64,000 nt of DNA, from NCBI GenBank assembly GCA_028534125.1, contig CM052816.1:12898001-12962000 (forward strand), in the 5' to 3' direction. Below are positions 10,971 to 23,860 of this stretch, one piece after another (positions within the stretch are counted from its first letter, which is position 1; each line of letters begins with the position of its first letter). This DNA comes from Lama glama (taxonomy: Eukaryota). The notes beneath the pieces were generated by a model. It ran no database searches. It saw only the letters and a program-made list of their open reading frames with translations, and was not told the origin of the DNA. A program made the position numbers and the translations under genes.

Positions 10971-11454
10971 GTTACTTCTTCTTGCTCTTTAGGTTAGAAT
11001 ACTGTCCTGCTTCATTTCCATCATAGAACTCGTAAATATCTGATGTATCTGATTGATTTATTAGCATTTTTTTGTGGGTGATTCCTTCCATTGTAACATC
11101 ACCTCCATCGGGGTTGGTAGGTACAATGTATGTCCTGCTTATTATACTTTGCTCCATGCTTACCCTGGTGCCTGGTATCTAGTGGCCCCTCAACAAATAT
11201 TTACTAAATGAGTGAATTATTTGCATGTTAGAGGATGAGATATGATATGAGGGCCTGGTAATTCTGGATATAAAACTCAATCTCTGTTGTTGGAACTTTC
11301 TCCAAAATATTTCCAGTGGTGGCATATCCTTATCCTTTCAGAGTACATTTGATCTTTGCAATTAGCCAAAACGTTAAAGAATTTTTTTTCCAAAAAAGAA
11401 CATATGGTCATAAATTATTATGGCTGTTTTCTTGCCCTAAATTTAGACCTATTT

Positions 11455-11840
11455 ACAAGGACCTAACTTTCTGTGCTTTGGCGTTGTGGTAAAGCTTCCG
11501 GACTCCATCACAAAATAATGTTTTTAAGAGAATAAAATAAAATGTATGGGATGACAAAGGAACCAATCATATTGAATACAGTTATCAAAATATAAAAAAT
11601 TATGGTATATTATTTTCTTCCTTATGAATGCATTAAACAACAAATTCTAAAAACTAGGTGTAATGTCTAATTTCTACTGGCAACAAGATCATAGGAATTA
11701 CTAATGCTTTCATAATTAAAAGAAATATTAAATTTCATAAACAGGTTAATAAAAATAAAGATATAATTTTTCCCATGCTGGTGTACAAGTCCCCTGAATT
11801 TTATCTGTAGACCCCATGGACACTAAATTTTAAAGTCCTA
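11455..11840. mobile_element. hAT-Charlie-type non-autonomous DNA transposon (MER-type)
   Basis: aaaataatgtttttaagagaataaaataaaatgtatgggatgacaaaggaaccaatcatattgaatacagttatcaaaata resembles a recalled hAT MER consensus; subfamily not assigned. Confidence 0.55.
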
Positions 11841-12129
11841 TATTAGAGGAATCCAAAATACACCCAACAATAGCGCCTACATTTAAATGAGTGTATTTCT
11901 TCCAGAGGTGACCATTGAAGGGGCTATTCCTCATTTGGTGCCTAAGTTCTGACATACGGATTTTTTCTCAATTCAGCTCCGCATTTTTCATCCCCATTGC
12001 AATTTGGTAACTATTGATACAGAGCATATTTCTCACAACTTTAATATATTTACTTAGTGTTTACCTACACACCAATGAACTGAGAATCTGAAAACATAAT
12101 CCTTGACTATTATGAATTTGTAATTTTTA

Positions 12130-12600
12130 TTTATTGCAAATACTAATCTGAAATAGTTAATGCATCCACATAATTCAAAAGTTCAAAAGATATGGAAAAG
12201 CAGAAAATCTCCCTCTACCTCTGTCCACCAGTCACTGGTTCTCTAAGATGATAACCAGTCCTGTCCATTTCTTATGTATCCTTTCTGAGATGGTTGACAC
12301 ATACAAGCAAATATGGTGGCATATTCTTTTCCCCCTTAAAACAAATCATAGCGTATTGTTCCCACTATTTTCCACACTGGTTTTTTTATCGCTTAAAAAT
12401 GCGTCTGCGAGATAATTCTATATCCGTGCATTAGGAATGTCTTTGTTTCTTTTTGTAGCTGCGCAGTCTGGATGCACTATAATTACTTAACAAATCTGCT
12501 TATGGGTAGACAATGTAGGTTGTTTCTATTATGACAAAAAAGAAGGGCAGCAAAATGGACCACTGAATATGGATATTTTGCCATGGACACCTGCATATGT
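12130..12600 (-). mobile_element. L1ME-type 3' UTR fragment
   Basis: tttcttatgtatcctttctgagat, ggatgcactataattacttaacaaatc, aggttgtttcta. Confidence 0.6.
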
Positions 12601-12974
12601 GGGACTTAGAACCCTGAAACCCAGATATAGGTAGGCAGTGAGAGATGTGCATCATGTAAAGGCAAATATACTGAGAGTCACAACAGCATGGACAATTCAC
12701 CGACAGGACTGAGAGGAAAGACAGGGCATCCTCAGCTTGTTTCTAGCAGTCTAGGCCAAGGTCAGTGTTCTTCAGGGCTGGAGAAGCGTCACTGAGGATA
12801 GAGAGGATGTCCCGGGTTTGAGAGCCTGCTTTGGAGAAAGCGTGGAAGTACATCTAAGTGACTTTGTTGTGTTTTATTTACTGTGGCTCTCAGAAACAGA
12901 GGCTGGAGGTGATAATCTTCTTTGGTTTTGATCCATGGGAGGTTCCTCTCTTGTTGTGTTTACTCATTCTCTTT

Positions 12975-14190
12975 CATTCCCATTTTCTACTTCCACACGT
13001 CCCCAGTCAGTCTAGTTGAATGTATTCAAAGTGTCTATGTTTCTTTATATGCAAAATGATATTTTGTATGAGTGCTTTAGATTTACATAAGTGATACTAC
13101 ATCGTAACTCATTCCGTTTCTTTTTTGTTATTTACAAAATTTTTGAATATATTTTTTTAAAATTGGCGGGGAGGGAGGCAATTAGGTATGTATGTATGTA
13201 TGTATGTATGTATGTTTTAATTTACTGGGAATCAAACCCAGGACCTCGTGCATGCTAAGCATACACTCTACCACTGAGCTATATCCTCCCCTCCTTATTC
13301 TATTTCTTCTTTCACGATCACTGTGTTTTATGGTCTCTCTGTGTCGCTGCATATATGTCTAATCCTTTGCCTCTAATAGCCACGTGGTCTCATCCATCAC
13401 GTTGTAGCCACCTGCTTTCTCCACAATGGACATCCAGGTTGCCTCCAGCTCTTTGCCACCACAGATGAGATCACAGTTCACATCTTCCTGCATTGCCCCC
13501 TAAGGATCTATGTGGGAATTTATTTGGTATAAACATTTGGAACAGAATTGCTAGGTCGTAGAATTACATATACTTAGTTTGACAAGTAGTGCCCAATTAT
13601 ACCCCCAAATGGTTCCCCAGTCAGCAACACCAGAACACCTAAGGGTCTCTCAGCTTTACATCCATGCCAGCTCCTAACATTATCCTGCTATCTAATTGTT
13701 TCCAGTCAAGTGATACATTACTATTATATCAACCTGCATTTACCTATTTACAGATAATTTTGAGCATCTCCTCAGTGTCTATGAGTCTCTTTGGTGTACT
13801 CTTCTACAGACTGCCTGCTCATATTCATTGCTCATTCTTCTACTGGGGTTTCTTTTACTTCATAGTGTGTAAGGATTTCTTAAATAATATGAATAAAAAT
13901 CCCTTATCAGTTTTAGATATGAACCAGTACCTTTTCCAATCTTGTCATCTGCCTGTTAACTTTGCCTTTCATTGAACAGAAATTCTCACTTTTGTAGTAA
14001 TCCTATGGATCAATACTTTTGCACTTTTAATATTTTGTTACTTTGTTTAATAAATTCTTTCCCATGGTAGGTCACAAAGATATTCTCCTATATTTTCTTC
14101 TGTTATGTTTATCATTTTATCTTTTACATTTAAATGCATCTGGAGTCCATGTCTATGTTTGATGTAAGAAAGGGATCCAGTTTTACCTTT
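12975..14190 (-). mobile_element. L1ME-type element (ORF2 end and 3' UTR) interrupted by a SINE
   Basis: atggacatccaggttgcctccagctctttgcc, aaatcccttatcagttttagata, aagatattctcctatattttcttc. Confidence 0.75.
13123..13293 (-). mobile_element. tRNA-Ala(AGC)-derived camelid SINE (Vic-1 type) with internal (TATG)n
   Basis: Reverse complement reads ggggaggatatagctcagtggtagagtgtatgcttagcatgcacgaggtcctgggtttgattcccagt plus tail; imperfect 15-bp TSD at 13108-13122 and 13294-13308. Confidence 0.9.
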
Positions 14191-14413
14191 CTGTCAGAGA
14201 TACTGAGAGATTTGGACCAATATGCCTGAAAGAAGCAGAAGATGCAGGGTAGGAGAGATGGATAACAGGAAGGAAACAAGATATCCGAGCCCCACAGAGA
14301 AAGGACATAGAAGCAGAATCAAGATTCTGTCTGACCTAGGAGGCATCTGTAATGAAAAACTGAAAAAAAGCCAGCATTTGATGCACTTCTCTTACAAATA
14401 CCGCCACTTTCAG

Positions 14414-14425
14414 GGGGAATTCCCC
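14414..14425. promoter_or_regulatory. Palindromic NF-kB-type motif GGGGAATTCCCC
   Basis: Exact 12-bp palindrome matching GGGRNNYYCC on both strands; function untested. Confidence 0.3.
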
Positions 14426-15419
14426 GGCAGCACTGAGGTTCCGGTATATGGTTTTAAAAATACACTCTGTGTACAACAGAAGGACTTTCCCAAATGGGAG
14501 GGGGAGTTGGGTAGGTAGGAGGAGAAGAAGCTACCCGAGGGAGAAAAGCCAGTGCCTTCAGAAGCAGGGAGTTGACAATGGATTGAGCTAAAGGTAGGCT
14601 GGATGATGGAGAAGTCGAGCAATTCTTTCTTGCTCTCAGAGATGAAAATCTGCCTACTTAGGAAAGGTGACTGGTTCCTGGCAAGCATCTGAGTCTTGAG
14701 CGTTCTTCTGTTTCCACCTCACCATCAACTGCCTGTGGTTAGTTCGAGTGCCAATCAAACAAAGAAACACCAGCAGAAAACAATCTAACCAAATTACAGG
14801 CAAATGGTTGATATTTTCAGGCTTGTGATTTGCATGTATTATAAGAAACTCAATGTAATATTTAAAACTTTCTTCTTTGTAAATGGACTCGGTGGTCAGC
14901 TTTTCATTCTTCTGCAGCTTTACCACTACTAAGGATCCCCATGAAACCTGGAGGGGGGCCCAGAACTTGTCCTCAGACTGTAGTCCAACAACGGTAAGGA
15001 AAAAGAAAAACCTAGGAAATGGAAAAGAGGCCAGAAAAAATTTCCCTTTTCAAATCTAAAAAAATGGCTCTCAGAACTGGCATTTTCTTGTCAAAAAAAA
15101 AAAAATTACCCTGTGGGAGGAAAGAGCAGAAAGGAAGTAAAGGTCACAGGGAGCATATTTTCTTGTTTGTTGTTCTCTTTGTTTTTGCCCTGAATATTTT
15201 TTTCACTCGAGAGAAAACTGAAATCACTGTCTTTAATCTGTCTGCTCAGCCTCCTTTTGCCACTGTTTTGAATAGAAGTCATCCTCAAGCTTCTTCACAA
15301 AACTTAGAATCATGTTAAATATCCCCAACTTTGAAAAGCATCAACAAGGTTTAATAAGACACCATGACACATGTTTTGTTGATTGCATTGCTTCCATACC
15401 GCAGTGTGAAAAGTTTCTA

Positions 15420-15575
15420 GACCTCTGGGGTTAGACAGCCTGGGTTCAAGTCTTATCTTCGATCCTTATGCAAAACAAGGCTTCCTGTGATTTCCTCAGT
15501 CTCTCTGAGCCTAATTTTTTTCATCTGTAAAACTGAGATAGTAGGAGCACCTGCTTTATATCATCATTAGAACAT
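15420..15575 (+). mobile_element. MIR SINE
   Basis: tctggggttagacagcctgggttcaagtc...tctctgagcctaatttttttcatctgtaaaactgagata. Confidence 0.8.
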
Positions 15576-15576
15576 T

Positions 15577-16580
15577 GCTACATACCTATTAAATAACGAA
15601 AATTAAAAATACTGACAATGCCAAGTGCTGATGAGGATGTGGAGCAAATGAAACTCTCATATGTAGCTGATGGGAGTGCAAAATAGTACAGACATTCTGG
15701 AAAATAGTTTGAGAATTTCTTATATATAAAGTTACTGTATGGCCCAACAATCTCAGTCATGGATATATTTATCCAAGTGCAATAAATACTTATTTTCACA
15801 TAAAAATGCATGTACATGTTTAGAGTAGTTTTTAAAAAACATTTTTTATTGAGTTATAATCATTTTACAATGTTGTGTCAAATTCCAGTGTAGAGCACAA
15901 TTTTTCAGTTGTACATGAACATATATATATTCATTGTCACATTTTTTTCTCTGTGAGCTACCGTAAGATCTTGTATATATTTCCCTGTGCTATACCGTAT
16001 AATCTTGTTTATCTATTCTACATTTTGAACTTCCAGTCTGTCCCTTCCCACCCCCACCCCTTGGCAACCACAAGTTTGTATTCTATGTCTATGAGTCTGT
16101 TTCTGTTTTGTATTTATTAGAGTAGCTTTATCTATAATCACCCAAAACTAGAAATAACCCAAAAGAGTGGATGAATGAATAAATAAGCTGTGGTATATCC
16201 ATACAGTGGAATACTACTCAGCAATAGAAAGGAATGAACTATTGGTACATGCAACAATTTGGATGAATCTCAAAAGAATTATGTTGGGTGAAAGAAACCA
16301 GCCCCAAAGGTTGTAAACTGTAGGATTCCATGTATGTGATATTCTTGAGAAGATGGAAGTACAGTGACATAGAACAGATCTGTGGTTACAATGAATCTGT
16401 TTGGGGTTAGGTGTAGGGGAAGTATGTGACTACAAGGAGATAGGAGAGAGTTGTATGGGGTGATGGAGCTGTTTTGTATCATGACTGCAGTGGCATTTCA
16501 TATATGTATGCCTGCATCAAAATTCAGAGAACTGTACACCAAAAAGTCAATTTTACTGTATGATTTAAAAGATAAAACTT
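15577..16580 (+). mobile_element. L1MC/ME-type 3' region (host of a nested L1)
   Basis: actgacaatgccaagtgctgatgaggatgtggagcaaatgaaactctcat...atacagtggaatactactcagcaatagaaaggaatgaactattgg...aaagtcaattttactgtatga. Confidence 0.85.
15833..16116 (-). mobile_element. Young camelid-type L1 3' end nested in the older L1
   Basis: ttttttattgagttataatcattttacaatgttgtgtcaaattccagtgtagagcac...; 13-bp TSD TTAGAGTAG(T/C)TTT at 15820-15832 and 16117-16129. Confidence 0.9.
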
Positions 16581-17919
16581 TAGACAAGAGTATATGAAAT
16601 ACTGCGTATTTAGTATAGTTCCTGGCACATATTTAGTAGATTTTAGCAATTAATTGTTTCAAAGATTGTTGTATAGAGAACATCTCAATTCATCTAATTT
16701 AACAGGCAACCAATACAGTTCACAAGGTGTGCCGAGGCCAAAGATGAGAGAAAAGAAAATATGATAAATTGTATAAATAGTGTGGGTGATTCTGTCTGTT
16801 CACCTGGCTCAATCAGCATATGCTTTTGTGCAGGAGAGATAGGAAAAGTGAATGCGATCCTCTTTCATTTGGCACCAGTTCCCACACAGCGTGGGCATCT
16901 CTCCACACTGAGTGTGCTACCAGTGTTTAAAGATAAAGATATTTCCTTAAATACGGCCCCCAAACACAAGCCAACTACTTCATCTGGAAGTAATTCAAAG
17001 AAACAGGAGTGGATTTGGACATTCCTAGAGGAAAACTGGCTGTGTTGGGCTTGTTACTATCCAGCGTGGTATCGTCCTGAGGGACTGTCAAGGGTGACTT
17101 GGGCTGTACGTAACTTTTGCCGTATGCACTGAAAATCATTTAAGAGCTGTTGCTCAGAGATCAGAAAACTAACTGATGTTTAGTCCAGGCTGTCCTGTAC
17201 ACCTACTGGCTTGGCTGTTGGGAATTGCGTATCATCCTCATGCCATGTTCCTTGAGCGGGTACCAGCCATGGTAGTAGCTCAATAGCTGGACAGCAGAGA
17301 CACTGAGATCCAATAACAAATGTGGGGTCTACTCCCATGGCCTCACACCTCCTATCATCTCAGTTTAATGGAGGCAGGTGGTCTAATGTGTTACCCTTCC
17401 CCAAGCAAATGAGTCCTTTCCTAAAAGAATTTTTCGTTGGGAGTGGCACTTAGAATCTGGAACAATGGAAAGCGTATGTTCCACAAAGTCTTCCTCTTTT
17501 AAAGTTGGATTTTATTTCCAGAAAAGCAAATGTCATTTTGAGCTAAAGCTTGTGTTTAAAGATAATTCTGTTGGAAATAGCGATTTTTTTTTTTAAGAAA
17601 AGACATGGCTAGGAAGCAGTGAGCTGTTTTGGGAGAGCTCCCAAACTGTTGGAAGCCCAAATAGACTGGGAAAATATTAACAAACTGGGAAATTGTCTTT
17701 TAAATATCTTTAGGCCAGTGTATTACTCTCTCAAATTAACTTCTTTAAATGAGGCAATATGAATTTGCAAGTAAAAGTTCCCATTTTTTTTTGAAGTCTC
17801 GTGTTTCTTGAGTCCTTGTTCTGTTAAGAGGAGCAGTCTTCCTGTAAATGTCAGAGATACTCGACTGAAAATACCAAACTGAGTACTGCATAAGCTTGAA
17901 CAACAACAACAAAAAAAAA

Positions 17920-18170
17920 ACAATAATGGCTAACATTTTATTGCACTGTGACCGTGTGCAGGGCACACCCGTAAGCATTTGACAGGTGTCAGCTTATTTA
18001 ATCCTTGCGCTGACTTTGTGCAAAAGCTACAATTGCTATACCGGTACATTTTATAGTGAAGGAGTCAGAACCAGAAGCTGAGTCACTTGCTGGTGGTCAG
18101 ACGAGTGGTAAAGGGCAGATCAAGGACTGCCTGACACCTGAGTGCTGGTTTCCCAACTACTGTGCTCAGC
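17920..18170 (-). mobile_element. MIR SINE
   Basis: aataatggctaacattttattgcactgtgaccgtgtgcagggcac...ttatttaatcctt...gagtcacttgctggtggtcagac. Confidence 0.75.
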
Positions 18171-21100
18171 TGCCTTCGGAAATACACGGAAAAGGATCAG
18201 AAATGATAGCACAGCAATCAAAGACAGGAAATGAGAGCCAAGAGAGACAGCAGAGTATGGTAGGGGGTTCAGATGATGAGTTAGGGAGAAGAGGTGTGAA
18301 GTAGCTAACAGCCCCTTGTTTGAACTCTCAACATTTGAAATATTGTCTAGAGTCATCCATCATTTGTAATTTTACCAGTATACTTAATGTATCGATCCAC
18401 TCAATCAATATCCCTGATACGTGCTAAGCTCTGAATGAGCTGGGCACACAGAGTTGAATTTAACGAAGTCCCAGATTTCAAGGAGCTTCTGGTGTATTAC
18501 GTGATCTATAATTTACTTTGAAAACATCACATCATAGACGATGTACTGTAGATACATATGTGTTCGTCCACATCCTAGTCAGAAATGCACACAACTGGAG
18601 GGCGGTTAGGCAGCGTTTAATGATTAGAGCCACACCCCAGATGAGCTGCTGCAAGGGTTTCAGCTCTCTCTGTCTCTGATCAACAATAGCTTTTTTTTGC
18701 TTATTAGCATGATGGATGCAGAAAGGCATTTTTATTCATGAAATGAGGGTGTTCAAAATGTCAACTGGCTGAAAATATTCTCAAGACACAGTCGATCCTT
18801 GCATGACAGTATGAGAAACTTCTGACCTCAGGGGTCTTTGCATTTTGATTGGATGCCGGGAGTTATGCATAAAAACATATTGGAGGTTCTAGACAATGTC
18901 ATCTTCCACCAGAAAGACAAACCTTTCTTCTGCTGGGCAGGTAGATTGGGGCTGAAGGCAACATCCTCCCCAAACATGTGGTTGGGCTGGGTCTCTCTCA
19001 GGTTTGCTCCTGTTCCCGGGATGGGAATGTCCTTTCCACTGAGAATCTGACATGTCAACCAGGACTCCATCCCCAGGTTGATTTTTGACTGCTCAGTACT
19101 AACAAAATACAAAAAATTCTCCTCTGCTTGCCAGAGGTTTTTGACTTTTAGTCTCCTAGTCCATGAAGCTCTAGAATCCTACAGATACCTTGAAGGGATA
19201 CCAGCTGTGTGTTTGAGGCTCCTCAACTTTCCAGTTTCATCCTTCCAGGCTCACAGGAGAGCCAGCACTTCTGGTTTCCCATCCCCTAGCTGCGGTCCCC
19301 TGCTGGGCCACGCCGGATTCTCAGCTCTTGGCCACACCCAGAGTTGGCAGGTCTGCCAAGGCACAGAGGAGGCTGCAGACAGGGCAGTTCACCTCCTGTT
19401 AACCAGACTCCCTCCCCCAGCAGCTCAAAGTCTCCTCAGAACCATGAGCTTAAGGAAAATGCTACTCCCCTTCACTTTACCTTCCAAGCTTCGCTCTGTA
19501 CAGCTTCAGAATTCAGCAAAGGTCTCGCGCTGGACAGGAGTTGTGTGCTGAGGCCGTTCAGATGGCCAGTTTTGGTCACCTTGGGGCTGCCTAATGGAAA
19601 GTCTCTGCTGTCTTCTCCCTCCATCCCAGCTGGGGGGTTTTGCTGGAGCCAGATAGGCTGTTCAGCCTCTTGGTCACACCCAGAACTGACAAACACCCCT
19701 TGGAAAAAGCTGTCACATTTCCTCAGCTCACGTCTCTGGGATGTTCCCATCTGGAATCTTAGTCTGTCTCATCTTCACTACCTTTGTTTCTCTCTGATAC
19801 CTTGAAACAGATTTTATTTTTAAATTTATCTAGCTTTTTTTAAAGTTGCACTCAGGTGAGAGAATCCAGCTACCACAAACCTCTCCGTTCTAAGTGGCAG
19901 TCCCCATCTGCGCCTTCTAAAATGGCAGCTCATGCTGGGTCCACTCGGTCCATAGTTTGGAGGACTCCGTTTGCACGATTCCAGCCATACAGTTAACTAC
20001 AGCTGGCTCCAGAGTATCACTGGTTTACGTCCAGTGAGACTTTCTTGTGAATTGTGATGCAAGAAGGGCAGAATTGGGATTCAAGTGATGGGCTCTCAAC
20101 CGTTTGGAGTCTGCTTTTTGATAAATTCTCGATGTGTGGAAGGTCTTGGTTTGGACCACTTAAAATTTAAACCTGGTAGCCAAGTTGTAGAGGAGGAGAT
20201 CTTTAACTGTGAACCACCTCTACATTTTTTAAGGCTACTAGTTCTAAAAAGAGCATAATGATTGTGAGTGACCAAACTGGTTTGGATCCATTCTCAACAT
20301 GGCCCATGTATACATGGAATATTTTTATCTTTTCAACTTATGTCACTTCTTGAATAGTAAATGCTATAAATCAGCAAAGCAGCATATAAAGCATTATTTC
20401 CTGTTTCTTTTTGTTCTAAAAATAACTTCCTGCCCACTGAGCAATTTAATTGGTCTATTTCTAGAGGTCCACAAGTTTGTATGAGCATTTGTTTTTCACC
20501 TCTGGGCACCTTGGTTGCTTAAAAAACATCAATCCTGGGTATTCTCAATCTTGCTCTTTCTTCACTGATCACTTATTTTCTCATATATACATTTACCCAA
20601 AATTCCTAATTGTAGATCATCTTAAGAGATCTTTCCCAGAGCTTCTCTAGCTCTGTATTCCTTTATTCATTCAACAAACATTTATTAAATAGCTTTATTG
20701 CACCCACAGCTACACGTTGTAGATAATGGTGGTTTTGTAGCAGAGGAAATAATAATTCCACATACCTGAAGATAATTGGTGATTGATGATACTATCACCC
20801 TCTTCTGTGAGGAAGAGGGTCCAATGCAATGTAAACCTTTGTTCATCACTTCGTCCCTAAACCTTGGCATACTGTCTTGCACATTGTAGGAATTTAGTAA
20901 ACATGTTACATTAGTAAATTAATCAGTGACTAGAGTACTCCATTCACCTAGGGAGTCAGTTAATTAAAGAGCACACATAATTTGTAAAATCTTCCGTGTT
21001 CTACTCCTGAATTTTGTCTGAAATAAAAACCCACAATGCAGAATCAGGAATTGGTTTGCCTCTTTAGGACAAAGAAAGCAAGGAGGCATCAGGAAAAAAA

Positions 21101-22209
21101 AATTTTCTTCTTTGCTTTTGAAAGAACAGAACAGTAAGATAGAAAGCTCCTCAAAACAGAGAGGCTTGCAAGCCATTCTTGAAAAGACAAATAAGACCAG
21201 TACAGGTGAAGGTTTACATTCAAACCAAGACTGATAGAAACCATGAAAAGGCAGGAATGTGGAGGCGTTGAGCGTCTATTTAGAGTCAACAAGACAGGAA
21301 GTTGAATGGACTTTCTAGATAGAAACTACAAGGAAAAGTTATACTGAGGAGCCCTGAAGCAATGTAGAAGGAAGCTCCCTTTACTAACCTCTGTTTAAGA
21401 CTGTAGCGCATCACCCACATCACACCGTCTGTATATTCTGGGTGTCCTAAACACTGTGCCGTAAGGGGCAGTTAAGGAATAGAGTGTGTGTAGGCACTTT
21501 GATGTTTATGAAGATCCTTTGGAGGATAAGAATATGCTAAAGAAAAGATGTCTTTTGTCTGTGGTTTTTCTCTCTCTCCCTTTTCCCTCTGTTTTAAACA
21601 GGAATCAAAGGAAGAAAGAAATGTTATTTAGAAACCATTTCTCTGATCAAAGCATTTGTTTCTCACCTCATCTTCGTCACCTGCTCTGGGGATAACCTTT
21701 GCCCACGTTGATGTAACAATCAAGTGTGGTCGGAACACGTTTAACATAAGGGTGGTGTAGGCAACACACCTGATGTGGAAAGATTAATGATGTTGGTGAG
21801 TTGAGGATGGCTCCACATTTGTTTGTGGGTAGACTCAGAGGATGGCGGCCAATGCCAAGCACAGAGCAAACAGTCAAATGAATGAATCAATCAACAAACA
21901 AAAACTAAGTAAGTGGAACTCTATGTACACAGGGAAGACACTATAGAAAGAGTTCAAACCCTCTGCTAGGTCATAGATTTATTGCATTAAAAACAATTTA
22001 TTGCATCAAGAAATGAACCAATAAAATGAATCCAAACTTGCACTGAACATCTAAAAAATTGCTTGCAGAAAAAGCTGTCTCAGATTCCAAGAAAAGGAGC
22101 CATAACCTTTAAATCTTATGTATGTAGACCTTGAAAATAAAAAACAAAAAAGCAAAAACACTGTTCTATCCAGTTGGAACCTATGATGAAAAACGAATGA
22201 TGTTTGAGC

Positions 22210-22400
22210 TAAGTTTCGTTTCTGGCTCCATCTCTACTCACCGTTTAACTAAGTGGGGTGTTATTTCATTCCTTTGAGCCTGTTTCCCCATCTGTGAAAT
22301 GAGATCATCATGCTTACTTGGAGACCCGAGTGTTAAGCTGGTTATCTATATTAAGTTAAGTTTGTGAAGGTAAAGGCCTTGTGAGTCCTTCTCATTTGGT
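22210..22400 (+). mobile_element. MIR SINE
   Basis: tctggctccatctctactcac...tgagcctgtttccccatctgtgaaatgagat. Confidence 0.7.
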
Positions 22401-23689
22401 AGGAATTTTCTATTTAGCTTTCTTCCTCTGGAAGTATATTCACTAAGGCCCCCTGACTACAAAGCCACGGGCTCATGCCGCCTTCCAGGAGAAGTGGGAG
22501 CGTGTTAGGCTGACCACAGAGGCGAGCGGTAAGATTATAGGAAGCACACTGGTACCACGGGAAGGCGTCTTCTTACCTGACTGCTGTTCTTGCTTTGTTT
22601 TCTTCGGGCATTCCACCTCAACGTCCCCGTCACCTTCACCCTAGACCTGGATGTGACAGTCCTCTGGAACGTGGGTGGAAGGGGCCCAGCAGAAGACTGC
22701 TCTTTCGGAGTTAGGCCACTTCTGTCCTCTGGTTGCTGCGCCGCCGGCCTAGAGATGTCTTTCTGGCTGACTTCGTGTGGTCTCTGTACGTGGGCTCTTA
22801 CTGCTCGATGCAAGAACACTGCGGTTCCCATGCGCACAGGGGGATCCAGATGGCCATGCCATCACCTCTTTGTTCTCCTGGGGCAGAGAGCCTTAGATGG
22901 CTTGAAATAAGGCTGAGAGATCATAAGGCCAAAGAGAACAGTCAGGGTTCCCTTTTAGCTAAAGCAGCAGTCCTCAGACTTCAGCCATTTTAATCTCGCA
23001 GCCAGACTGTTCACCATGTCAACATGCCAGCTCATGTTAGCCTCCTATGTTTTTATCATAGTGGCTTCATATTTAGTTAGTATTCTTTTAAATCACGTCC
23101 CCTTTTTAGTCAAAAGCATTTCAAAGAAAAGTTTATGTTATTATTTTAATTATATAAAATCACTGTACAAAGAAATTTTAAAAATTAAACTCCAGCTAGA
23201 CAGTCGTATGACTAAGGTTCTGAGCTTGCGATCTGCCCTTTTTAGTTAAGGGTAGAAGTTATGAAGTGTAAAAGAGGTGTTAAAGATTTAACAGCTCCAA
23301 ACCACGACTTTCTGCTTGATGAGATCAGCTTTGGAAATGGATTTAAAAAGGAATCACTTCCTCACTCTGTAGGTCAGGGAGATTTAATGCTTTACCTAAG
23401 GACTATGAGTAACTAGGAAATATATGTTATTAGTGGGGTGCTAAAAGCAACCCCACTTCTCTGATTACAGGGACCTGCCAGCTCAGTGGGACCAAGGGAA
23501 AGTACATTGGCGTCATGGGCAACATGGAGAGTGAGAGGGCATAACTTTTTGGTGAATAAACTGACATATAGTAGACATTTAACAAATGTTGGTTCCTTGC
23601 AAGCCTCTCCGTGTAGATCTACACATCCTTGTAAGTTCCACTTCAAGTCTCACCTTAATGAAAACAGTAACAATGTCTTACTGAGGGAA

Positions 23690-23860
23690 ATATGTGCCAA
23701 GTAGTTCCAGGTCTTATTTCATAGCGCTTTTATAATTTATTTTACTTGAGGAAACTTTTATAATATATATAAAATATGTATAATTGAGAAAAAATCTTAT
23801 AACTGAGAATCAGAGAGGTTAAGCAACTTGCCCCAAGTCACCCAGGACATGAATATCTTA
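23690..23860 (-). mobile_element. MIR SINE
   Basis: aactgagaatcagagaggttaagcaacttgccccaagtcaccc. Confidence 0.7.

Noticed and set aside
15875..16120. Paralogous ORFs starting MSNSSVEHN (here and 44340-44564) as a duplicated small gene
   Set aside because: Both are antisense readings of the same L1 3' UTR subfamily
19078..19805. Longest ORFs in the track (157 aa and 153 aa, overlapping)
   Set aside because: TTG starts, no recognisable domain and overlapping frames in moderately GC-rich DNA; may overlie an old LINE 5' remnant that I could not assign
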